64,000 nt of DNA from Chiloscyllium plagiosum (taxonomy: Eukaryota): assembly GCF_004010195.1 (NCBI RefSeq), contig NC_057752.1:5323223-5387222 (forward strand), given 5' to 3'. Below are positions 13,100-25,620 of this stretch, piece after piece. The number at the start of each line of letters is the position of its first letter. The first letter of the stretch is position 1. A program made the position numbers and the translations under genes. Under the pieces are notes generated by a model, which saw only the letters and a list, made by a program, of their open reading frames with translations, had not been told where the DNA came from and did not search any database.

Positions 13100-14110
13100 T
13101 TTGTGTCCTAAAAAGATAGGGATGCATCAAAAGTATCCTCCCTCTGCTCTGTCTATATCTGTTCAACCTCTCTTCTGTGATTTCACTGCTGCCTTGTCTT
13201 CCTGTGAACTCTCCTTAATTATATGCATAACCCTCACTTGACTGTTACCTCTTAGCCTCAACTCTCACATTCTTGATCTTGGAGGAGACTGTTTTGACTA
13301 AGTTTGGTATTCTTCCTCACCACTTACTGTCGTCCTGTCTCCATGTCTTCCCACCCCCCACCCCCGCAGTGTGACATCTGTCGTATGCTGTCAGCAGTGC
13401 AAACTCAAACGTATCTACAGTTCAACACTGCATCTTGCTGGACTACACCAAGTACCCCCCTCCTTCCCTGTCTTGCTGTTTATTAAAACTCATTTATTCC
13501 AGAATCATTCTGCATTACTAACTGCTTCTTGATCTCCTGTCCTGTCCATTTTCGCTAACCATAAGTTTGAGTATCTCATTAATTTAAGATGGACACTCGC
13601 CATTCATCTGCCTCTACTTCCTGTCCTACCCTTTGCTCATCAAGTCAAACCTTCTCTCACCCTATTTCTGAATTTTCAGTTTCCTCCAGTTTCTGTCATT
13701 TCCCTAAATGTATTTTATCCATGAGACACAAAGTGGTAACTCTTCAGTTTTCATTCCTGGGTTTCATGCTAACTGACTTTGTGAATAGTTCTCTCTCAAT
13801 GACTGTCAAAACTGTCATTATCACCCCACTCTGAAAAGGTTCCATCCTTGACTTCTCTATCTTTGCTACTATTGTCACATTGCTGGTGTTCCTTTCTTCA
13901 CCTCCAACCAGGACTAAATTTCCAGAAATTTCCTGTTTGGTTTTCTGATCGGGTTTCTACCCTCTAAACCTCAATCAAAGTCACATCTTTATGATTTAAG
14001 ATCATGGTGCACTCTCTCCTTCACCCAACACCTGCCACCACTTTTTGATATGCTGCACTCCATCATTGAGTTCAATAGGATTGTCTTCATTTGAGTTTAC
14101 TATCTCATAC
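13100..14110 (+). mobile_element. Old L2-like LINE fragment
   Basis: C/T-rich; degenerate VN.SLS...KT.IITPL.K...LD.S..A motif typical of L2 ORF2. Confidence 0.5.
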
Positions 14111-14979
14111 ATTTCCAAGAGATGTAATCTTTTCTTAGTTATTCATTCCTGTACTGATTGGCCATTTGTGTTGCTGTGACCAGAATTGTATACAGTACCC
14201 TAAACGTGGCCTAACCAAAGCATTGATAGGCTCAGCATGACCTCTAAGGTTGGGCTCCAAATTGGCTTCTAATAAATGCTTCAACATCCTAACATTTTTC
14301 TGTGCCAATTTGATATCATGCAGATTTGTTTTCGACCCTCACCTAAGAAGTGACTTTTAGACGAGATTCAATAGAAGCTGATGACCCCTTGTATTCATAC
14401 GTCCCTTAAGTGACCATTCTCCTTGTTTGAACTGAGTCAGTGAACATTGATAAGCTACTTAACGAGTCATGTACTCATGTAGTATCTATACATATGCAGT
14501 CCAGCACATACGCATACTAAGTAGTTGTTATAAGTGAGAACCTTGGCTGATTTTCTCCTCTCCTCTCCTCTTTTCTCCCCCCCCCCCCCCCCCCCGGCCA
14601 ATTTTTATTTTATTTTGATCCAGGGTTTTGAGGTCATATGGAACATCTGCACTGCTGCAGTTGAGAAGATTGTGTAACTTGGACCAGAGACTGAAATTTT
14701 ATTAAGTTACTTTTTAAGAATCAAAATGACATTTGTTAGAGCTCAGTAATATGCACAGACATTGCATTGAAAGGAACAAGTGTCTGGTCTGATATTGAGC
14801 TATTTGGTTACCAAGAGCAATGCGCTTTTAATAACATGTCATGTTTCAAGTGATCCCAAGTAAGATTGCCTCGGAGACCTTTATACCCACCAGTCAGTTT
14901 CTCTGCTACGGCAATGAGATGGTGAGCATGTCTCTTAAAGATACACTGGCTGTGGGACATAACCAAAGTGAATGAACAT

Positions 14980-15795
14980 GGGCAACTGTATGGAGTTCAA
15001 CCTGGTAAAGTGTGAAGTGATTCACTTTGGAAGGTCAAATTTGAATGCAGAATACAGAGTTAAAGACAGGATTCGGCAGTGTGGAGAAAGAGGGATCTTG
15101 AGGTCCATGTCCATAGATCCCTCAAACTTCCCACCCAAGTTGATAAGGTTGTTAAGGAAGCGTACGGTGTGTTGGCATTCATGAGCAGGGGGATTGAGTT
15201 TAAGAGCTGCAAGGTTATGCTGCAGGTCTATTGAGCCCTGGTTAGACCACACTTGGAATATTGTGTTCAGTTCTGGTTGCCTCATGATAGGGAGGAGGTG
15301 GAAACTATAGAGAGGATGCAGAAGAGATTTACCAGGGATGCTGCCTGGACTGGAGGACTTGTCTTATGAAGAAAAGTTGAAGGAGTTAAGGCTCTTCTCA
15401 TGGGAGTGAAGAAGGATGAGAGGTGACTTGATAGAGGTGTACAAGATGTTGAGAGGCTGCCAGAGTGGATAGCCAGAGACATTTTCCCATGACGGAAATG
15501 TCTATCAAGAGGGGGCATAATTTTAAGGTGATTGGAGGAAGGTTTAGGGGAGATGTCGGAGGAAGGTTTAGGGGAGATGTCAGAGGTAGGTTTTTTACAC
15601 AGAGTGTGGTGGGTGCATGGAATGCACTGCCAGCAGTGGTGGTAGAGTCAGATACATTAGGAAAGTTTAAGGAACTCTTGAATAGGCACAAGGAAGACAG
15701 TACAATGAAAGGTATGTAGGTTAGTCTGATCTTAGAATAGGATAAAAGGTCAGTACAACGTTGAAGGCTGAAGGGCCTGTGCTGTGTTATGTTCT
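14980..15795 (+). mobile_element. CR1 LINE 3' portion with internal 24-bp tandem duplication (15534-15581)
   Basis: MEFNLVKCEVIHFG, LEYCVQFW and FFTQSVVGAWNALP remnants; ggaggaaggtttaggggagatgtc occurs twice. Confidence 0.9.
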
Positions 15796-16309
15796 CAAGC
15801 ACTTCCTCAATAATGAATGGTGCTTTTGTTTTCGACAGCTATTATATCTTGCTTGCGATTTGCTCATTTGAGTTGTTTGGTTAGCAGGTTACAGTTAATT
15901 TTGAGTGTAGAACATGAGTAACTGCTTAGATATGCTGTTTGAATTGAATTCAGTTTCTACATGTAAATCCCATTCCTGCATTTTTGTTCTCAATTTGACT
16001 TGGTATGGATTTTTAGACTTTGTTTCTGAGCAGAAACTTAGATTTCTTATTCTAAACTTATTGTTAATTTGGTAAAGTTTGCTATTGGTGTTTAAAATAA
16101 ATAAGTGATTCCAGTATGTACATTCCTGGTGTTGATGGCAACTGCACTCTCTTGGACGACACATTCACTGACAGTGTGTCCTAAGGTTGTAAGTCCAAAG
16201 GTAACGAAAAGGTAGATAATGACTTGTGCAATAAGTATCTCTGAAAGCGTGTTGAAGATAATTTATAATGCATTCAGGGTTAATAGCACAATTTCATTTT
16301 CTGTTGCAG

Positions 16310-16445
16310 CTATGAACATTGACTCTGCTGAAAATAGTTCTTTAGCAGAAGATGAAGAAGCTGATCCGTCTGCATCTCATGGTTGCACAAAACGAGAAGA
16401 AACGTCTGAGCATGTTTTGAAAGAGCAGCACGAGGAGCAGTGCAG
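16310..16445 (+). CDS. KMT2D: KMT2D coding exon 2 (AMNIDSAENSS...EEQC)
   Basis: ttttctgttgcag acceptor, cag|gtaag donor, 136 nt, phase 1 to 2, acidic open frame joining exon 3. Confidence 0.8.
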
Positions 16446-17749
16446 GTAAGAGGGGAAATATGCAAGAGATGTCTTGGAATCTGAGGGTATTGCTCCAAGT
16501 TTTTGAGGGAGAAAAATCCACAATTCATCTTTGGCTCATTCAGTAGGGACTAATTATTTATGATAAGTGGCAGTATTTCATCATTTTATTTGGGACAGGG
16601 TGAAGGATATTCTGTAGCGTTATGAAAGTTTGTCCTTTCCTTTCTTAGAGATGTCTATATCTGCTTTTAATATATTTTGTAGGCAAAGTACTTTTGTTAT
16701 ACTTTTATTGCAATATATGTTCTTTGACTCAACCTTTGGTACATTTCAGGTGGTCCTGTTTGTGTGTCTTGGTTGTGTTTGTATTGTTTTTAGTGAGTTG
16801 GCTCACTTCTGTTTTATCATTCTCTTCTGCCACCCAAAAAAACAAGGTATTGAGAAAGCTTTTGGCTCTGTTCATACTCTGCCCTCGAGCACAGATGAAA
16901 TCTAGAACTTGGCATGAATTTGAGTCCCACTGGTGTGTTGTAGCAAGTTTAAATTCCAATATTTGCCAGTGAAATACTGCAACTGAAGTGGGAAAGTAAT
17001 TTTCTGTGGTTTCCCTTAATTTAAAAAGATTTGAGTTTGTGATGAAAAGGTAAGCTTGGAGGAAACAGGAGCCAGCATCTGTGAATAATGGAGGTAGAAA
17101 GGAAATAGATAGTAGCAATAAACTCTAGCAGTGAGAATAAAACATAAATTTCATAATTTCAAGGTGTTTAATCCTTACACTGTGTATAGTGGAAAAATGA
17201 GCACATTCTGAATTCGACTAAGGTAGAGATTTATAATGAACTTAATACACTAAAAATACACCTGCATCGAGTGAAGTAACTGTTTTAGTTCCGATTTGTA
17301 CCCAGCATTACTTTTTCATGATGCAGATTTTGCTGCATACTTGTGATTTTGTTTGAGTGGCAGATGATTTGACTTATGGAGCAATGGTTGAAAAGGAATC
17401 AAAATTTTTATGAACTTGTGGCCAATACACTGTATTACTCTGAGCAGTTGTATTTTAAAGATGAGTATAACTTGGCTAATGTAAGCAGTGAAAATAATAA
17501 AGATAACAGCTGTTGGTAGCGTGATTCAAAGATCAGTTATGAAGATAATTGAATCATAACCATAGTGCACAAAGGCAAACTGTTTGGCCCATCATGTCGT
17601 TGCTGGCTATCCACTGAGCAATCTTCTCAGTTCCATTCCCTGCCGCAGCCTTACAAGTTTGTTTCCTTTGAGTGCCTGTTCTTTTTTGAAATTATTGATT
17701 GTTGCTAATGTTTTGAATTAATTAAATGTTAAACCATCTTTCTATCTAG

Positions 17750-18000
17750 CTTGGAGCAAAGGCTGTGCGTGTTCTGTAATTGTGGAGAGCAGAGCCTACA
17801 TGGACAAAGAGAGCTGAAGCAGTTTGATCCATCGGTTGTGTTGGATGAATTTGGAAATGGAGGGGCAAACAGAACTACAAAGGAAGCCAGTCCAACATCA
17901 AGGCACACGAGTGTTTCAGGGACGGAGGGGCTCTCCGATGAGCTTGTACAAGTTGGCTTTGAAAGAAGTACAACAACAGTGGCTCTCTTTGAGTCAACAG
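17750..18000 (+). CDS. KMT2D: KMT2D coding exon 3 (pre-PHD Zn knuckle, LCVFCNCGEQSLHGQRELKQF)
   Basis: tctag acceptor, cag|gtgaaa donor, 251 nt, KMT2D-type motif. Confidence 0.93.
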
Positions 18001-19061
18001 GTGAAAAAAACTGTTTTCTTTATTGTTTAGAGTCCAAAATTTCTCAAAACAATTCTAAAACTTGATTTGAATATTATTGTTTCTTATATTGTTATATAAC
18101 TATTTTTATAAAATTGTTCCTCATAATTCTTCTCTCAATAAATTTGTTGAAAAGATTACAGTTTGGATTCCTTAACATTTTAGTTTTTTTAGTCCTGTTA
18201 AGTCTTTTATCTTTTAATAATTTTAATGATGGAATCTCCAAGTAGTCCAAAATAATTCAGCAGTAATGACAATGCGAGTATATGGTACCCTTTTACTGCT
18301 GCCTTAACTTCAGTCTCAAGAATTGTATATGCCTATGGAGTCTTTTACAAATCATAATCATGTTCTTGTGCAGAATTAAGTTTTGTGTTTTTAAAAAAGA
18401 AGCTTCATGCCAGTGTATTGAAATGAAACAAATTTTTGTTAACTCAACAAAAAGCAGAAGAAAATAAACTGCAGATAAAAGAGATGCTCTCTCGGACCTC
18501 AAACTGCTTTCCACTGCACCATTATTGTCGTTTTCTCAAATTCTGTGCTTAAATAAAGTCACATTGAGCTGCAGCATTGAACTAACACTTGAGTTACTCT
18601 GTGAACTTAAATTAGTTTGTGACAAGGGTCTGAGTTGCGCTAGTAGCTGACCAAGGTCCTGTCATTATTTTGCATCTGCAGGTGCATTTTTCATTTGGTT
18701 ATCTGGTGATCAGGACCACAATTTCTCCATCATTCCAGCTGCTGCCTCCACCACCAGCTCCACCCTCCTCCCCTCTTCCTCTCTTCCTCCCCCAGCAAAG
18801 ACCCCAAGTTGAGTATCTAGTTCTTCTCTCTTCCACCCCCCCCCCCCCAACCCCCCTCCAATCTTTGTTATATCTTTTCTTCTTTATGTTTGGTTACATT
18901 GGTGTAACTTCCTGTACACTAGATTAAAAAGTCTCCAACTTCATTAGTCTCTGGCTCTGCACCATACCGTTGTGTTATATTTGACCCACTTGGGCATCAT
19001 ATTATTTACTTTCTGGTATGCGATGATTCAACAGAAAACTACTTCGCTGTATGCAATGATT

Positions 19062-19500
19062 TGTCAGCTTGGCTCACTTGGTAAAATTCACTCGTTCCTG
19101 AATCAGCACTGTTGTTTCAAAGCTCATTCTAGCACTTGAGTTGATAATCCTGAGTGAAGCTGTAGCACACTGCTGAGGGAGTGTTCCGTCGACATTTATT
19201 TGAGATATCATCTGGAGACTTTGTCTACCACTTCCAATGGTTCAGGTTACTTTTGAAGGTTACGTGGCATTATTTGAGGAGCAATCAATTCTTCCTGATG
19301 TTTGGCTAGCATTCTTCCCTCAGCCAGCACCAAAAGTTATAATTAACCAGCTGGTAGTCCCGTTGCTATTTTGAGGAACTTACTGTGCGCAAAATAACTG
19401 ACGCATTTTTGACATAAGTTTGCTGCACTTCAAAGTAATGAATTCTAATTGAAATGCTATGTGATGTTTTGAGATCAGGCGCTAAATGCAAGGGAATTTT
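19062..19500 (+). mobile_element. DeuSINE (SacSINE1/AmnSINE1-like), near full length, old
   Basis: tRNA-like head, then Deu-domain-like tggcattatttgaggagca...cttactgtgcgcaaaat...cacttcaaagta, tail gcgctaaatgcaag. Confidence 0.65.
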
Positions 19501-21120
19501 TTCCTATTTACGTGGAGGATAGGTGCTGTGCAGCTGCCAAAACTAGTAATGACATTGCAAACATATTTCAGCCTTATTTATTTTTGTATATAGTTGAGTT
19601 CTATGGTGTTACTTTTGATCAATGCTAGGAATTCTGGTTCAGTTGGCGTTTTTGATGCTAAAACATTACTGTAATCATACAGATTGTGTTGGGACAAAAC
19701 CATGGTAAAAATATATCTGCAAATTGTGCCCACTCATGAATGTATTTGGAGATAGTATGCAAAACCATCACGCTGCCTTTTATGCCCAGGACGTGGGTTT
19801 CAAGTTAGCTCAGACACAAAAGGTCTTCTTTCCAAAGAGTCCCAGTATGTGGCTCAAATGCAAGTCTTCAAGAAAAATGATTCATTATTCAGAACACTGT
19901 GGCAAAAATTAAATGTCATGCCAGTAGAAGAATCTTCCTTGGTGAAATTTGGATTGAGGTACATTGTTGTATCATGACCATTGCCCCTGCATCAAACCTG
20001 TTAATTGCCTAATCAGATGTGTATCTGACCCTGACATGTAAAATGCAGAAAACAAAATCTAACATCGATGACCTTGGCTCCAACATTATTTTGCTGTCAT
20101 CTGTGCCTTTTACAGAATTCATTAGTGCTCCCAAAAAACACTGATAATAAATTTTGAACAGAATTCTGTTTAGTTGTTGAGAGGTTAATTTGCTGTACCA
20201 AATGAAACTACTACTTTCAACGTTACTCAGTCCAGCCTGAACACTGCAATCATCTAAAATAATTCACTGGTGATCTGAGATGGCTGACATTTGATTTATT
20301 TCTCTAACCAGTACTAGGTATTGTCAGATCCTCCATTGGAGTGAAAAAAAAGCTTTTCTATTCTCTCTTATGTAAATGTTAATTTAAAACTAGATCAACA
20401 AATAAATACTTTAGTCTTAAAGCAACTGAAATGAATTCCATTGTTAGAAATAAATTACCTTGAAGAAAGCTGCCGACAAAAATTGATTTTCTGTATGGTA
20501 AATTGTACCTTCACGGTCATAAACCTGATGCCAGAATCAAATTAAGGGGACCTTTTATTGTGATGTCATCAAGTCGGTCAAGTAGCCAATCACAGAGTCT
20601 TCATAGCAAGCCAGAAAGTAAAATGCAGTGTTTATCCTTGACGTTTTATTCATTTTATGAAAAGTTGAATAGATTGGGACATGCACATAGGAATAAAGTG
20701 GAAACTCAAATATTACAAACACTTTTAAAAAGGTTTTATAGGAAACCCATTATTTTTTTTCTCTCCATGGAGAATTTTGACATTCCATTAATATAAAGTT
20801 AGTTCAAATCCAGAAACTTTGTACCAGGTTCATAATTACTATTCAACATGGTTTAAATATCCATTTACATCTTATTCAGTAATGTGTACTTCTTTTCAAT
20901 GCTTTTTTTGATGAGATCAATTTAGATGATTTCAACTTCCCTATGGGGGAGTGGGGAATTAATGATAGCTGAATCTAGATTCCTGTGCTTGAGTGTGCAT
21001 GAGCAGACACCAGACATTGCAATAATTGTGATGATTATGCTATCACTAAAAGCGTGAAATTTAAACCATGCTGTTACATGAACAGTTTTTATTTCTGATC
21101 CTTAATATTTTTCTCCGCAG

Positions 21121-21230
21121 GGCATTTCTGGGCTCATCATTGGTGTGCAGCCTGGTCGAATGGTGTTGAACAGGGTGAGGGACAAAAACTGGTCAATGTG
21201 GACAAAGCTGTAATCTCAGGTATCTCACAG
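21121..21230 (+). CDS. KMT2D: KMT2D coding exon 4 (ePHD1; HFWAHHWCAAWSNGV...SGISQ)
   Basis: ttctccgcag acceptor, cag|gtaaga donor, 110 nt. Missed by the ORF track. Confidence 0.96.
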
Positions 21231-21939
21231 GTAAGAGGCAAAATTTTATCACTTTGGGTTCTTTGAACTTTTAGAATCTTGGAGAGCATTGATTGACAAA
21301 ACATTAATTGTCCTTTAAAAGTTTGCTGAATTTTTAAGGACCACATTCCCAACTGATAACTTAAGGGACACTCACTAATGTTGAGTGTTACAGCTTGGAG
21401 TATTGGAGCACAAATTTGTTTTTGCTATTTTAACACCGTTTTGGTGCTGACCATTGTAGTGGTATTTTCTGGAAGGACCAACTCTCATACTAACTGTCAT
21501 GTTTTAATATTTGTGGCAATGAGGATGTTCCTGTGTCTTAAAAGCAGCAAGCCTATACTTTTGCTGGAGTCTCCAAGAAAGCAGAGCAGTGTTAAATTCC
21601 AATTCCGTCAACGTCCACCTTCCCAGATTATCATGGAAGGCCCGAAGGCAGTTGGAATAATTTTGAGTGTATCTCTTATTCCATAAGATACAAATACAGA
21701 GCCGCAAACGATTTTGTTTTTCTTTCATGCTGCTTCTAAGTATTCATTTTGAGAGTAGTTTACTTTTGTGGATGAGTAAACTGATTGAAGCTACCACTTC
21801 AACTGCCTCTTTACTGTAATGGCACCCAGAGATTGAAGAAGGACTCTACTTACTTTAACCTCATTTCCAAAATGTAGATTGTACTTTCATCACTGCTTGA
21901 CTGTGCAATTGATTCATTGTGTGACCGATGTGGGGAAAG

Positions 21940-22185
21940 TGGTGACATGGTGATAATCCACAAGCTCAAGCTAGCATCTGGGGAGACCGTTCGAATCCCA
22001 CCATGACCGGTGTGGAATTTAAATTTGATTGCTAAATCTGGAATTAAAAGCTAGATTCCTGAAAATCCATCTGGTTTACTCATTTCCATTAGAATGATAT
22101 AGCAAACAGTTTAGTTCCCAGGTACTTATGGATGGATAACACATATTGGCCTTGCCAACGAAGCCCACATCCTATGAGAGAATAA
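21940..22185 (+). mobile_element. tRNA-derived SINE (second family)
   Basis: B box gttcgaatccc; tail gcccacatcctatgagagaataa; related copies at 33480 and 44956. Confidence 0.7.
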
Positions 22186-22398
22186 TGAAACTACAGCAAG
22201 CTGGCATGATAGCACATTAAATGTGTCGTAATTGCATTTTTCCAGCAACCTACAGAGTTTTTTTTTCTCCTTGCAATCTGTAGTTATGCAGTCCTCCAAT
22301 CTTAACATAGTTCACTGTTCTGAACGCCTGTCTGATTTTTGATTTGCTAATCGTTAAGTTAAAGGTAATTTATAATATTATTTATATTTATTTCACAG

Positions 22399-22561
22399 AA
22401 ATGTGAGTATTGTAAACGGTTGGGAGCTACCATCCAGTGCCAGATGGAGGGATGTTTAAGATCGTACCACTTTCCCTGCGCAGCAGCATCTGGATCCTTT
22501 CAGTCAATGAAATCATTGACCCTTCTGTGTTCAGAACACATTGATAAAGCAGTGGAAATAG
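22399..22561 (+). CDS. KMT2D: KMT2D coding exon 5 (ePHD1; KCEYCKRLGATIQC...YHFPCAAASGSFQSMKSLTLLCSEH)
   Basis: tttcacag acceptor, g|gtactg donor, 163 nt. Confidence 0.96.
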
Positions 22562-23229
22562 GTACTGTTACATGCTTTAAATAAACTTGTGTTAAATGTA
22601 TTATTCTTGATAGGTGCAAATTCTTAAATCTGGTGTAAGGCAAAAAACAGTATAAGGGAGTGTCTTTTTTTAAAAAATGTAATCTGGGGATCTCTGGCTT
22701 TTCAATATCTGTGGGTGAATTCTGGATCTGTTTGTGTACTAAGGTGGACAAAAGGTCCCAGGTTTAATTGCTGGCATTGTTTGCCTGGTCTTGAAGAAAA
22801 TACTGACAAAGACCTGTAATTGGTCTAAGTAATCTTGGGTGAGGGAAGGTGAAAGTCGACCAAGTTTCACTGGTGCTGCTCATTGACTCCAATTAGTGAG
22901 TGCATGCATACAGGTGCTGGATGAGAGAGTTGGGTTTAGCTAGGTTATCTTTTTTCCCCTTGAAGCTTTCTTGGTGATTGTTTGGGCATATCTGAAAAAT
23001 GGATAGCAGAGATGGAACCATATTTCAACAGCTGGAGAAATTTCTTTGAAGATTGGGGGGTTGGTAGTTGGAGGAGGTAAGAACACTTGTTTAAAAAAAG
23101 ATGGATTCAAAATTGATTTTATCCTGTAACCAGTTTCAGTTTTGTAGGTCTAAATATTTTATAACATTGAAATGGCTTTACATTCTTGACCACATTTTAA
23201 TGCTTGTCTGTCCCTTGTGCCTTTCTGCA

Positions 23230-24660
23230 CTGGCAGTCAAGATCAATTGTGGGAAGTAACTGAAACAATGTGAAATTGGAAAAAGGGGTGGTTGATAAAT
23301 ATGATTTGGAAGCCATTACAGAGTCATGGCTTCATAATGCCATGTATTGAGACCTGAATCTTTAAGGGTATAGGACATTTGAGGAATACCAGAAACTAGG
23401 AAAATATTTGGTGGTGATGTGTGTGTTTAGTGGGGGGGTGGGATGGGAACCATGATGTGGAAACAATTTGGCTTGGAATGAGAAACAATACAGGCAAGAA
23501 GTCACTTGAGAGTTGTGTATGGGCCCCCCAACAGTAACTACATGGTAGGTTGGAATATAAAGGAAGAAAAAATGCGAGCTTGTGGAGAGGCATGGCAATA
23601 ATCTTGGGAGATTCTAATCTGCATAAAGACTGGAAATTTCAGAGAGGTAAAAATAACCATTGAATTTTTTTTGGATAGAGCAGCATGTTATGGAGGCCCC
23701 ATTGAGCAGACTAATCAAAACCTGATATTATACAATGAGATAGAATTTATTGGTTAATCTCCTCATTGTGAAGGCATCCTGAGGTAATGAGCCATAATAT
23801 GATTTGAATTTTCCCTTTTTGTAAGGGAGAGAGGAGTGGATCCAAGACTATTCACAAAAAAATGAATAAGGGGAATTATGAGGGCACAAAAGCAAAGCTA
23901 GCAAAAGTTAATTGGCAAACTAGAGTGAATGATAGGTCAATAGCGATGAAGTGGCAGATCTTTATGGGATATTTTCGAATGTACGGATTAGATGCATTCC
24001 AAAGAATAATTAGAATTCCAAATAACAGATCCACCATCCCTGGTTAACTGGAAATGTTAATGTTGGTATCAAACAAAAAGGGGAAAAACCCACAATTGTG
24101 CCAAGACAGCTGGCAAAGCAGAAGATTGGACAGCATATTAAAAAAAAATAAAGAATGACCAAAAAATTAATGGGGGACAATTAGACAGAAAGCACTAAGA
24201 TTTTGTATTAATATTTAGAAAAGGAACAAGTTAACAAATTGTGGGCGGCACGGTGGCACAGTGGTTAGCACTGCTGCCTCGCAGCGCCAGAGACCCGGGT
24301 TCAATTCCCGACTCAGGCGACTGACTGTGTGGAGTTTGCACGTTCTCCCCGTGTCTGCGTGGGTTTCCTCCGGGTGCTCCGGTTTCCTCCCACAGTCCAA
24401 AGATGTGCAGGTCAGTTGAATTGGCCATGCTAAATTGCCCGTAGTGTTAGGTATAGGGGTAAATGTCGGGGTATGGGTGGGTTGCTCTTCGGCGGGTCGG
24501 TGTGGACTTGTTGGGCCGAAGGGCCTGTTTCCATACTGTAATGTAATCTAATCTAATCTAATCTAAAATCTAATCAAAGTGAGCTTTGCCAGAAATTAAA
24601 TCTGAAGAATTGAAAATTGAAATTTAAAAAATGACACATTTAGTTGAACAAGATTTTTTT
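23230..24660 (+). mobile_element. Degenerate CR1 endonuclease region, interrupted by a SINE
   Basis: YDL.AITESWL and IILGDSNLHKDW remnants. Confidence 0.75.
24243..24575 (+). mobile_element. HE1-like V-SINE, full length, CpG-rich (young)
   Basis: Near-identical to the other copies; longest (aatct)n tail. Confidence 0.92.
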
Positions 24661-24664
24661 TGTT

Positions 24665-25620
24665 AACGGGCTGTGGACCAGCATTTATTGCCCATCCCTA
24701 ATTTCCCTGGACTGAGTGGTGGTGAGCTGTCTTCTTGAACTGATGCAGTCCTTTTGGTGTAGTTAAATTGACATTGCCATTAGAGAGGAAGCTCCAGGCT
24801 CTTGGCCTAGGAACATTTAAAAGAACTGCAATATAATTCCAATTCAGGATGGTCAGTGGCTTAGAGGAGAACTTCCAGGTGCTGTTGTTCTTATCTATTT
24901 GCTGCCTTTGTCATTCTAGAATATATTAAAAATCATACAATACCAGGTTATAGTCCTCACAGGTTTATTTGGACTTCCAAATAAACCTGTTGGGTCATAA
25001 TCTGGTTTGTGTGATTTTTAACTTTGTCCAACATCATTCTAGATTGTAGTCATTGTGGGTTTCAGAAGTGCTGTTCAAAGAGCCTTTGTGAATTTGTACA
25101 GTGTATCTTGTACATGGTACACAATCCTGCTACTGATCATCAGTAGTGGAGGGAGTGAATGTTTGTGGATGTGGTGCAATCAAGCAGGCTGCTTTGATCT
25201 AGAAAGTGTCAAGCTTCTTGTTGGAGCTGCTCTCATTCAGGCAAGTGGGGAGTATTCCATCACACGCCTGACTTGTGCTTTGTAGATATTGGACAGACTT
25301 TGGGAAGTCATAGAGATGTACAGCATGGAAACAGACCCTTCGGTCCAACCCAAGTCAGGAGGACACTTGCTGCAGGGCTCCTTTTCCCTGACTGTCTCTT
25401 GCAGCCCCATTCTTCTATGACTAGTCCAATTAAATTTCTAATCCTTGATAACCCCGAGGATGTTGATATTGGGGGATTTGGAGATCGTAATGCCATCATA
25501 TGTCATGAGGCAATGGTTGGATTCTCTCGTTGGAGATGGTCATTGCCTGGCACTTGTGTGACACTAATGTTGCTACTTGTCAGACGAAATCTGGACATTC
25601 TCCAGGTCCTGTTGCATTTG
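24665..25620 (-). mobile_element. LINE 3' fragment sharing its tail with SINE family 2
   Basis: ccagcatttattgcccatccctaat is shared with the 33480-33800 SINE; a related fragment lies at about 52485-52770. Confidence 0.6.
24921..25033. mobile_element. Palindromic (foldback) Penelope-like terminal insertion with 10-bp TSD
   Basis: tcattctaga at 24911-24920 and 25034-25043; inverted arms at 24926-24973 and 24976-25021. Confidence 0.75.

Noticed and set aside
15534..15581. 24-bp tandem duplication as a functional element
   Set aside because: Lies inside a dead CR1 and is explained by slippage between ggaggaagg and agaggtagg.
22730..23030. Similarity between 22730-23030 and 63460-63720 (aggtcccaggtt / aggttccaggtttgatccctgg ... 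ttggcctca) as a novel ncRNA
   Set aside because: More simply two very old copies of another tRNA-derived SINE, too degraded to define by eye.
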